Shown here piece after piece: positions 19,641 through 27,279 of a stretch of 64,000 bases of DNA (its first letter is position 1; each line of letters starts with the position of its first letter). This DNA is from an uncultured Myxococcales bacterium (GTDB lineage Bacteria; Myxococcota_A; UBA9042), in assembly GCA_903850505.1 (NCBI GenBank), contig CAINLT010000094.1, forward strand, positions 2,016 to 66,015. The letters run 5' to 3'. A program made the translations under genes and the position numbers. Under the pieces are notes generated by a model. The model saw only the letters and a list, made by a program, of their open reading frames with translations. It searched no databases and had not been told where the DNA came from.

Positions 19641-20714
19641 TCAGGCCGTTTCCAACTCCAACCCCGCCAGATGCAGGCCACCGATTTGCGTGCTCGATTC
19701 GGCAGCCGCCCACGTCGCCGCGTCAGATGCCGAATAAAATTGCCGGGCCCACCGCCGGTACGCGCCAATCGGCCCATCGCCTTCCGCCAAGGCCGGTGGT
19801 GCAACATACTGTTTCACTTGCCAAATGGGCACATCCTGCGCGACGTCCGAGGCGTATTCGCGGATTGCTGCCTTCAAAATCCAGTCCGTCAGCATGCGCT
19901 TGGGAAACATCGCCAGCAGCGGGTGAATGCGCGATGGCTTTTCCAGGTACTGAATGGACATGGCGATATTGAGTTCAACCCGACCACTCTCCGTCGGACG
20001 CCCCAGGACGAATTGTCGCGTGCGCATGCCGTATTCGGGCAGCAGGCACTCGACGCGCGCGTAGCCGAGGCCAAACTGGTGAATCACCATTTCCACCCGC
20101 GGCGACTCCATGCCCATCGTCGTGCGCGGCCGCTTCATGGCGTAATTCGCGCACAAATACGGGCCATCCACACGCAGCGGCGCGAGGGTTTCGACCGATT
20201 CGTAGCCGTGCACGACGGCAAAATGGCCAATATCGACGCTGTTCTCCGCAATGTCCTGAACGTGCGATTTGAGCGCAAACGTGTGCCAGCGCAGCGGCGT
20301 CCAGAGTTCGGTCGGCACTTCCGGAATTTCCCAAGTCGGCGCCTGCGCTTCCGGATGCCACCACGCCAGCAACATGCCGTGGCGTTCGATGAAAGTCCAC
20401 GGCCGGACCTTCGCGCGCGGGGGCGGACGCGTGCCGTAGCCGGTGCGCGTACAATCGCCGTGGCTGTCAAAGCAGAAGCCGTGGAATGGACAGCGGATGC
20501 AGTCGTCCTCGACGCGGCCGTGACCGAGATGGCCGCCCAGGTGCGGACACAGCGCGTCCACCATGCCGATCTGCCCGGATTGGCCGCGAAAAATCACGAC
20601 TTCATGACCGGCGAGGCTGCGCGTCAACACGCTGCCGACGGCGACTTCCGACACGAATGCGATGCAGTACCATCCGGCGGGCGCGCTGGGGAGGCTCGAA
20701 GGGCGAACGAACAT
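19641..20714 (-). CDS. Rieske [2Fe-2S] non-heme iron oxygenase, alpha-subunit type (KshA-like architecture)
   Basis: The Rieske motif is CPHLGGHLGHG...CIRCPFHGFCF. The mononuclear iron motif is ENSVDIGHFAVVHG (D-x2-H-x4-H). Confidence 0.88.
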   Translation of the reverse strand: MFVRPSSLPSAPAGWYCIAFVSEVAVGSVLTRSLAGHEVVIFRGQSGQIGMVDALCPHLGGHLGHGRVEDDCIRCPFHGFCFDSHGDCTRTGYGTRPPPRAKVRPWTFIERHGMLLAWWHPEAQAPTWEIPEVPTELWTPLRWHTFALKSHVQDIAENSVDIGHFAVVHGYESVETLAPLRVDGPYLCANYAMKRPRTTMGMESPRVEMVIHQFGLGYARVECLLPEYGMRTRQFVLGRPTESGRVELNIAMSIQYLEKPSRIHPLLAMFPKRMLTDWILKAAIREYASDVAQDVPIWQVKQYVAPPALAEGDGPIGAYRRWARQFYSASDAATWAAAESSTQIGGLHLAGLELETA

Positions 20715-20903
20715 GAAATCCTTGCGGATGCAGCATCTGGACGCAGGGGCGGCGACGATGATGCGCTCGGTAGATGGGGCGAATGCCCGCAGTCGGACTG
20801 CGAAGCGAGAACGTCACGCTTCTACCCGATTGCGGATGGAACGCAATTGGAAACCGCGAAGTTTAAATATTTTCGCAGACCTTCATTTGTATTTCGTTCG
20901 GCG

Positions 20904-21344
20904 CTACAACGACTCCGCCCGCTGCCGGAGCGCCTGGGCGGTGGCCTCGAATCCGCGCTGCACCTTGGCGTGCGCGACCAGCCAGACCAGCGGACTGAGC
21001 GGGCCGCCCATCTGCTCCACCGACGTGTACCGCGTCCGCCCATTTGCCAGCGCTGTCACGCGTTGGGTGCGCTGCGTTCGCAGCAACCAGGACGGCAGCA
21101 GCAGGGAGGTCCACACCAGCTCTTGATTGGCCACGACGGCGTCGACCCGCTCCGGATCGCGCCGCGGCGGCCGGCCTGGATCAAGGGCGACGTGCAGGTG
21201 GATGTGGGCGCCAGGCTCCAGCACGCCGTCAATGCGCGGCATGAAGGGATTCCACTCCGGATACAGCGCAATATCGACGAGCACCGCCCACACGACCTCA
21301 AGTGGCGCGGCAATTTCCAGTTCGGTTCTCGCCAGATCGAACAC
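20904..21344 (-). CDS. SRPBCC (START/Bet v1-like, polyketide cyclase/dehydrase-type) protein
   Basis: The 146-aa product starts MFDLARTELEIAAPLEVVWAVLVDIALYPEWNPFM, a typical SRPBCC N-terminal signature. Confidence 0.72.
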   Translation of the reverse strand: MFDLARTELEIAAPLEVVWAVLVDIALYPEWNPFMPRIDGVLEPGAHIHLHVALDPGRPPRRDPERVDAVVANQELVWTSLLLPSWLLRTQRTQRVTALANGRTRYTSVEQMGGPLSPLVWLVAHAKVQRGFEATAQALRQRAESL

Positions 21345-21588
21345 TGTTCAGTCCCTCCAGGCCATCGAGGGCCACAGCCGCGGCAGTGTTTGCGCATTTT
21401 GCGGGGGCGGTCAAGCGATGAATGGGCAGATAATCGACTGTGCGCCGCAGCGAGCGCGTCACGGCTCGGGCGTTGACCGAATAAGCTGGAGTACGAAATT
21501 CGTCCTGTGGATGAAGGCCGGAGGTCCGGCTTCAGCCCGTTTTTGTGGCACGCGTTCACGGGTGCTACCGTCGGGCACGCGCGTCGCC

Positions 21589-21909
21589 ATGCATCGTCAC
21601 TTTCCGTGCACGGCGGCTCTGAGCGGCACGTCGGGCTGCCAACACACGTCATCACCTTCTGGTTGCGACGATGGCAATGTGGGCATGGCCGACGCCTGCG
21701 TCGCCGACTCGACCTGCTCACATACCAGCGCCGAGGGCGCCTGCGATGATGGAGACGCTTGTACGATCGGCGAAACCTGCGCGTTGGGCTTGTGTGGCGG
21801 CGGCACGATCGGGTTTTGCCATCCCGCGGGAGATCGCCTGGCCAAGATCCCGTCGAGTTGGGCGCGACGGTGCGTCCAAACCTTGGCGATGCATCGGCCA
21901 CTGGTTTGA
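21589..21909 (+). pseudogene. Possible second remnant, or short ORF, of the Cys-rich CTxDxC family
   Basis: It contains GCDDGNVGMADACVADSTCSHTSAEGACDDGDACTIGETCALGLCGGG. There is no signal peptide, and the consensus Cys after DGN is replaced. It sits in an otherwise non-coding 615-nt gap immediately upstream of the intact family member at 21960. Confidence 0.3.
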
Positions 21910-21959
21910 CCTTTTCCAGCCACCGCAGCAACACAGTCCGGCATCCGAGGGCATTGGCG

Positions 21960-23411
21960 ATGGCGAAAGCGCGATATTTTTGGCTCTGGCTCGCGTGCGC
22001 GTTGGCGGGCGCGTGTGCGGGTGGCGTTGCCGCTGCCACGGACGCCGGCAACGCGCTCGACGTCGGTGGCTGTCCCGAACCCGCGCCTGCGAGCACGCCC
22101 GGGCTATGCCCGCAGTGGAAATGCGATGCGGCGGACGGCCTCTGGGTGCACGCTGAAGTCGAGTGCGAGGACGGAGACCTCTGCGCCTATTCTTCCTGCA
22201 GTGAAGGGACCTGCATTTGGCGATGGCAGACGGACTGCTCTGACGGCCACCCATGCACGCCGGATACCTGCGACCCAAAGAAGGGTTGCGTCCCCGACAC
22301 CCCCAAGTCGGCCGGGTGCGACGACCACGACGTCTGCACAACCGACACTTGCGACCCCACGCTGGGCTGCCGCCATGTCGATATCGGCTACGAACTCTGC
22401 AAATCCGATGACCCGTGCACGCTCGGCTTGTGCAAGCCTTCTACCGGCTGCTACTTGGCCCAGAGCGGCAAATGTCCCGCAACGTCCTCATGCAGTCCAA
22501 GCGCATGCTACGACGCCAATCCATGCACGAACGATTTCTGTGATGGCAGTCAGAATTGCGCGCACACCGACGCGACGGGCAGTTGCTACCCCATGTCGAA
22601 TCCGTGCAAGCTCGCTGCGACCTGCGGCTTGGGGACCTGCAACGTGTCGATCCCCACCTGCGACGACGGCGACGCCTGCACGAATGACAGATATATCATG
22701 GGCGCGTGCGGCTGCAGCCATGTGCCGCTGCCTGGCTGCACGCCGTCGTGCAAGGTGGACCTCGACTGTCAGGACAGCAACGCGGCGACGATGGACCTGT
22801 GCGTCCAAGGCGAGTGCATGCACTCGATTTTACCGGGCGAATGCGCCACGGACGCCTCGTGCGACGACGGCAAAGTCTGCACCGCCGACATCTGTACGCA
22901 AATCACCGGCTGGCCCACGGGTCTGTGCCAGCACGAGGCGATCCCGAAGTGCTGCGTGAGCGCTGCGTACGAGTGCCTGCCCGAAGGCGTCTATTCGCTG
23001 CAATGCGCGCTGCCGACGTGCATCGATCACGTCTGCGGCCAAGTGCCGCTGGACGATCCCACGTGCTGCCACTCGGACGCCGACTGCGGCCACGACTCGT
23101 GCAGCCCGGTTCTCTGTGAGAAGGCCATGGGCATCGGGTCTACGCCCGGAATGTACGTCTGCGTGTACAACGACGACTCCAGCTGCGAGTGCGGCATGGC
23201 CGGCGAAACGTGCGATGACAACAACTGCGCGAGCCAGGACTACTGCGTCTACGACCTCAACGCGTGCCACCACTTCTTCCCGCCGCCGGCCTGCAAGTCT
23301 GACTCGGGCTGCGATGACAAGAATCCCTGCACGACGGACGTTTGCGGCCAGAACCCAGCCTGCGGGCAGCTGGCGGAGTGCTTGCACGAGGCGGTTGCTG
23401 GCTGCAAGTGA
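21960..23411 (+). CDS. Secreted Cys-rich lipoprotein made of CTxDxC-type repeats
   Basis: I place the start at ATG 21960, giving MAKARYFWLWLACALAGACAGG (signal plus lipobox). Repeats follow: CSDGHPCTPDTCDPKKGC, CDDHDVCTTDTCDPTLGCRH, CYDANPCTNDFCDGSQNCAH, CDDGDACTNDRY and CDDKNPCTTDVCGQNPAC. The upstream part of track ORF 21759 has non-coding-like composition. Confidence 0.8.
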   Translation: MAKARYFWLWLACALAGACAGGVAAATDAGNALDVGGCPEPAPASTPGLCPQWKCDAADGLWVHAEVECEDGDLCAYSSCSEGTCIWRWQTDCSDGHPCTPDTCDPKKGCVPDTPKSAGCDDHDVCTTDTCDPTLGCRHVDIGYELCKSDDPCTLGLCKPSTGCYLAQSGKCPATSSCSPSACYDANPCTNDFCDGSQNCAHTDATGSCYPMSNPCKLAATCGLGTCNVSIPTCDDGDACTNDRYIMGACGCSHVPLPGCTPSCKVDLDCQDSNAATMDLCVQGECMHSILPGECATDASCDDGKVCTADICTQITGWPTGLCQHEAIPKCCVSAAYECLPEGVYSLQCALPTCIDHVCGQVPLDDPTCCHSDADCGHDSCSPVLCEKAMGIGSTPGMYVCVYNDDSSCECGMAGETCDDNNCASQDYCVYDLNACHHFFPPPACKSDSGCDDKNPCTTDVCGQNPACGQLAECLHEAVAGCK

Positions 23412-23742
23412 GTCCACGCTGGACGCCATGACGTCGTCGGGGGCGCCATGCCGCGGCCGCTGCGCCAGTGGCCGACTCCGAGACCGTGGATGACGCTGCA
23501 TAGCTGGCGCGCGACACGATGCGCGACGCGCGAACCGGTAGATTTGGGCAGCCACTTCGCACTGCGGGCACCGGTTGGTGGAGCTGGTGTAGGTGCCGAC
23601 CGGCTGGCAGCGGCTACAGGGGCGCGCGGCCGTTAGGATCGACAGATGGCGCGGAAAGCGGTGTGGCTGGATGCTGCGGTCTGACCCGCGGCGGTCCTTG
23701 CGCTGTACGGCATTGAGCCGTACACAAACCGTGGAGGTCACG

Positions 23743-24060
23743 ATGCAGCCAGCCCGCAAATCGCCACGAGTTCCTGCAGCCGCCACGCCGCGTACCGAGC
23801 GCTTGGAGGCCAGAATCTCTCCAGATCTGAAAGACTTGTACACGATGGCAGCCACAATGCGCGGCCAGACACTGACGGACTTCGTGGTCTCGACAGTGAC
23901 GGACGCCGCGCGCCGGATCGTCCGCGAGAGCGAGGTGCTGGAATGGAGCCGCCGCGACCAGCAGGCGTTTGCTGCTGCGCTGACGAACCCACCTGCACCG
24001 GCGTCCAAGCTGATGACAGCCGCAGCGTGGCCGCGTGACCAGGCCGGGACCAATGGCTGA
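23743..24060 (+). CDS. DUF1778-family (TacA-like, RHH) antitoxin
   Basis: GGAGG lies 6 nt upstream of ATG 23743. The motif ERLEARISPDLKDLYTMAATMRGQTLTDFVVSTVTDAARRIVRE matches the remembered DUF1778 pattern. The gene overlaps the GNAT gene by 8 nt. Confidence 0.8.
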   Translation: MQPARKSPRVPAAATPRTERLEARISPDLKDLYTMAATMRGQTLTDFVVSTVTDAARRIVRESEVLEWSRRDQQAFAAALTNPPAPASKLMTAAAWPRDQAGTNG

Positions 24061-24592
24061 GCCTCGCGGGTGTCTTTTTCGCATCGAAGCGTTGGATGTG
24101 CGGCATCGCCGCGAGCGCTTCGCCTCGGGCGTCGACGCGCTGGACCGCTACCTGGCGTCGCGGGCGGGGCAGGATACCAAGCGCGGCTTCGCCAGCGTTT
24201 TCGTGGCCGTGGAGATCGCGTCCGAGCGTGTCTGCGCCTTCTACACCCTGTCGATGGCGGGCGTAGCGGTGGACCTGCTGCCGGAGCGCCTGCAGCGCAA
24301 GATGCCTCGCTACCCGTCGGTTCCGGCGGTGCGACTGGGACGGTTGGCCGTCGCGGTCACCGACAAGGGCCGCGGGCTGGGCAAGTGGTTGCTGATGGAT
24401 GCGATGACGCGTTCGTTGGCCAGCGAAGTTGCCTGGGCCGCGTTCGTGGTCGACGTGAGGGACGAGACGGCGCGCTCGTTCTATCTGCAGTACAGCTTCC
24501 TGGCGCTGGCCGATGACCCGCTGCACCTCTTTCTGCCGCGTGCGACGGTCGACGCTGCCTTTGGGACAGACAGCGGGTCCAAGCGCCCCTGA
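24053..24592 (+). CDS. GNAT-family acetyltransferase toxin (TacT/AtaT/KacT-like)
   Basis: ATG 24053 overlaps the antitoxin stop (ATGGCTGA). The acetyl-CoA pocket context is LGRLAVAVTDKGRGLGKWLL. At 179 aa, the gene shows the classic pairing with DUF1778. Confidence 0.8.
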   Translation: MAEPRGCLFRIEALDVRHRRERFASGVDALDRYLASRAGQDTKRGFASVFVAVEIASERVCAFYTLSMAGVAVDLLPERLQRKMPRYPSVPAVRLGRLAVAVTDKGRGLGKWLLMDAMTRSLASEVAWAAFVVDVRDETARSFYLQYSFLALADDPLHLFLPRATVDAAFGTDSGSKRP

Positions 24593-24708
24593 AGGGTGGA
24601 CCGAGATTGCATTCCGCTCCAAGCTGACGCCCTGGCCTGAGGTGCTACATCAGGGACTACATTGCCCGTCGGACGGCGTCAGAGGGCGACGACCCGCAAC
24701 GCTAAGTC

Positions 24709-24780
24709 AGCTAAATGGTGGGCGGTTTGTGATCGGGAAAGTCTCAAGTCGCTGATTCCCAAATTGAATGTTGCGGATTC
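24709..24780 (+). repeat. Decayed partial second copy of tRNA-Gly(CCC): D-arm block and anticodon-to-T-stem block, a possible att-type remnant
   Basis: 24756-24780 (ttcccaaattgaatgttgcggattc) matches tRNA positions 15466-15490 at 22 of 25 nt. 24709-24724 (agctaaatggtgggcg) matches the D-arm 15444-15460 at 14 of 17 with one gap. Order and orientation are the same, but 26 extra nt separate the blocks and no foldable 3' end remains. Confidence 0.55.
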
Positions 24781-25303
24781 TGGGGACTGAGCATCAGTGG
24801 AGGCTTCGAATGCTGAACAAACTTCTGGTCGTTCTCGCCCCCGGCGTCTCCGTCGCCCCCTTCGCCTCCGCAAGTGACGGACGCACACGGTCCAGGGCAT
24901 CGGCCTTCGCCTCGTGCCGGATCCCCGCGTGCCGCTGCGTCATCGGCTCCGCAACCGCCCGCTGACCGCCGCACTCCCGCACCCAGCTGCGTGAGGCCGC
25001 CTTCGTGGCTTGACTACGCACGGGCGCGAGCCGGTTGATTCTCGCCGTCCAGATCTCCGTATCCCAATCGAAGCGCTGCGGGCGATCCGCGCCGTTGGAC
25101 CTGAGAGTTAGCCGCGGCAATCTCTTGGTTGGCTGAGAATTAGCCGGACATGGCGGGATCGCCCGAGCCGTTCATTGCCGCCGTCACGCGTGCTGCGGGC
25201 ACTGGGGTCGAAGTCGTGACAGACCGGCACGGCTGGGCCGGGGGATTGAGCCGCCGCGGCAAAAGTTGCATCCTTCGCAGCGGTCTTTCTGGAGCACGTA
25301 GCC

Positions 25304-27181
25304 ATGACCGACGAACTGCTTGAGGACTACTGGTCCTCGTCCGATTTCCTCTTCATCGATGGCCCGTTCCTCGGCAGAAGCGCCGAATCCGCCATCGTTC
25401 GCGCCGCCATGCGCACGCCGGGCACGCTTACCGTGCTGTCCGGACCGCGCGGCATTGGCAAGGCGGCGCTCATCGGCGACGTGCAACTCGGCGACAGCTG
25501 GGGGCGCGGCGGCGGTGAGCGCCGGCAGCACAAAGTCGTGCACCTGGAAGGCGGCATCGGCGGTGTCGGCGACAGCGTGCGGCGTTACTTCCAGAAGGAG
25601 GAGTTGCCGGCGCCGGCGATCCCGACCTCGGAGAGCTTTGCCCGTGCGTTTGAGGAGCACCTCCAGGACCAGAATGTCGTCGTCGTCGTGACGGACGTCA
25701 CCCTGGCAGAGTTGCTCGCTGGGCGGGTGCCGATCGTCCGCGGCAAGGCCCGCACTTTTCTGACGACCCGGGATGGTGGGCTGGCGGCCCGGTTGATCGC
25801 GCAGGGGCATCGCGATGTGCAGCATCTCGAGATCGGCCCGCTCGCCGACGCGGATCTGGCCAACCTGGATGAACGCAGCGAAGCCGAGCGCGACGGCCCG
25901 GTGCCTGAGGCCACGGCGAACCTGATCCACTGCGCGTTGCTGACCGGCGGCTATCCGTGGAGCATTCGCGTGTTGGCGCGGATCACGGAGCCCGACGAGG
26001 AAGGCGGCGTTGTGGATATTGCCGGTTTGAGCAGGCGCCTGGTTGCAGCGACCGACAAGTTTGACGCCGACGGTCTGCCGCTGTCCGCGCGCGTGGTTGC
26101 CGAGTTCGCAGCCGCGCAGCTGACGCCGTTGGCCCGCCTCGCGCTGGCCTGGTGGGTGGCTTCCGGCTCGCCGCTGACGTCCTGGCGCTGGACGGACGAC
26201 GACGAGGAGGCCGCGTACGATCTCATCCACGTCTGGGGATTGGCCGAAGACTCAGACGCGGGCCTCCATCCGGCGGTGATCGCTGTCGTGCGCGGCTGGC
26301 CTGAGTACCGCGCGGCGATGGCGTCGGCTCCTGCCGTTGATTTGTTGCGGCACCTGCACGAGGCGGATCTCCCCAGATACCGGTTTGCGAACCGCGACTG
26401 GCCGTACTTCCATCAGGCGCTGACGGTGCTGCTGGAGCGTGGCCAGTTCGACATCGTGGCGCGCGTGTTGCGGGTCTTCTGGCTCCATTACGCCCGCATC
26501 GGCTTGCAGGAATGGCTGGTCGATTGGAGCACGCGCCTGCTGCCGCGGCTGTCGCCCGGTCGCGATACGGCTGGCTTGCGGGCGTGGCTCGGCAAGTCGC
26601 ACCTAGCGCTGCAGCGGCCGGATCTCGCGCTGGGCCACCTGCGTCGCGCGATTGTCGAGCTGCAGGCGCTGCCGGCGGAGGACCTGGGCTCATCACAGTT
26701 TTTCGACGCCAAGCTGGTCGCGCAGGACGGTCGTAGGCGCTTGGTCGTGCTGCCGGTCGAGTTGGACGACCTCGAACCCCTGGATTGCATCGGCTGGGGC
26801 AAGTTTGCCGATCTGGAGTGGTCCGCCCAGCAGGCCGATGCGGCGCTGGATTTTGGCTACGACAGCGCCGACCGCTTCCTGCCCAACGAGGACATGCTGA
26901 CGATCGCCCGCGCCGACTACGCCTTGGCGCAGGCCGAACTGGGCGAGGCCGAGCGCGCCTGGCGGGAGATCTCCCTAATTCTGCAGGATATTCGCCTCAT
27001 CACCCTGCATGAATGGCGGGCAAGGGCGCTGGAGAACGCGGCGCAGATCGCGGTGGCCGTGAACGAAGACGTGCTCGCGGAGCAGTTGTCGGCCGAAGCT
27101 GGCGCCGTGCGATTGCTGCAACGACCGGTGGAGGCTGCGCCGGATGCGGAGGCCGTCGTCGAAACGGCTTCGGGCGTCTGA
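25304..27181 (+). CDS. STAND / NB-ARC-like P-loop NTPase with a helical (TPR-like) C-terminal region and no recognisable effector domain
   Basis: The Walker A-like site is LTVLSGPRGIGKAAL, with Ala where Ser/Thr is canonical. The Walker B-like site is NVVVVVTDV, and GGYPWSIRVLA resembles the NB-ARC GxP motif. The C-terminal 350 aa is helical and rich in W/L/A/R. An in-frame stop at 25247 excludes an N-terminal extension. Confidence 0.72.
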   Translation: MTDELLEDYWSSSDFLFIDGPFLGRSAESAIVRAAMRTPGTLTVLSGPRGIGKAALIGDVQLGDSWGRGGGERRQHKVVHLEGGIGGVGDSVRRYFQKEELPAPAIPTSESFARAFEEHLQDQNVVVVVTDVTLAELLAGRVPIVRGKARTFLTTRDGGLAARLIAQGHRDVQHLEIGPLADADLANLDERSEAERDGPVPEATANLIHCALLTGGYPWSIRVLARITEPDEEGGVVDIAGLSRRLVAATDKFDADGLPLSARVVAEFAAAQLTPLARLALAWWVASGSPLTSWRWTDDDEEAAYDLIHVWGLAEDSDAGLHPAVIAVVRGWPEYRAAMASAPAVDLLRHLHEADLPRYRFANRDWPYFHQALTVLLERGQFDIVARVLRVFWLHYARIGLQEWLVDWSTRLLPRLSPGRDTAGLRAWLGKSHLALQRPDLALGHLRRAIVELQALPAEDLGSSQFFDAKLVAQDGRRRLVVLPVELDDLEPLDCIGWGKFADLEWSAQQADAALDFGYDSADRFLPNEDMLTIARADYALAQAELGEAERAWREISLILQDIRLITLHEWRARALENAAQIAVAVNEDVLAEQLSAEAGAVRLLQRPVEAAPDAEAVVETASGV

Positions 27182-27242
27182 CGCGTCAGGCCGGACTCAC
27201 TCGCGTCCCGTGCTTCGTTCCTTGACGTGCAGCGCAAAGCGC

Positions 27243-27274
27243 TTACCCTCTACGTCTGTGCTGATAGAGGGTAA
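27243..27274. promoter_or_regulatory. Perfect 10-bp inverted repeat (12-nt loop) overlapping the ribosome-binding region of the 27280 gene
   Basis: ttaccctcta (27243-27252) and tagagggtaa (27265-27274) are exact reverse complements. The right arm contains GAGGG 8 nt upstream of ATG 27280. The local sequence is unusually AT-rich. Confidence 0.55.
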
Positions 27275-27279
27275 AAATT

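Noticed and set aside
18369-21476. Plus-strand ORFs 18369..19628 and 19671..21476, and minus ORF 21056..22096
   Set aside because: They are antisense to, or out of frame with, the FAD oxidoreductase, Rieske and SRPBCC genes. Composition is Arg/Pro/Ala-rich.
22830-24053. 407-aa minus ORF containing a zinc-ribbon-like CSRCQPVGTYTSSTNRCPQCE around 23540-23600
   Set aside because: There is no plausible start near the CxxC pairs. The frame would overlap the Cys-rich gene by about 580 nt and the TA antitoxin. The rest of the translation is Arg/Ala junk.
24794-25260. Possible tyrosine-integrase remnant next to the tRNA-like scar (RFDWDTEIW and HDFDPSARS...LGRSRHV in two minus-strand frames)
   Set aside because: The resemblance is weak. 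The two motif-like stretches are also in the wrong order for one integrase, because the catalytic-box-like piece precedes the N-terminal-like piece. It could only be settled by a profile search, so it is not reported as a feature.
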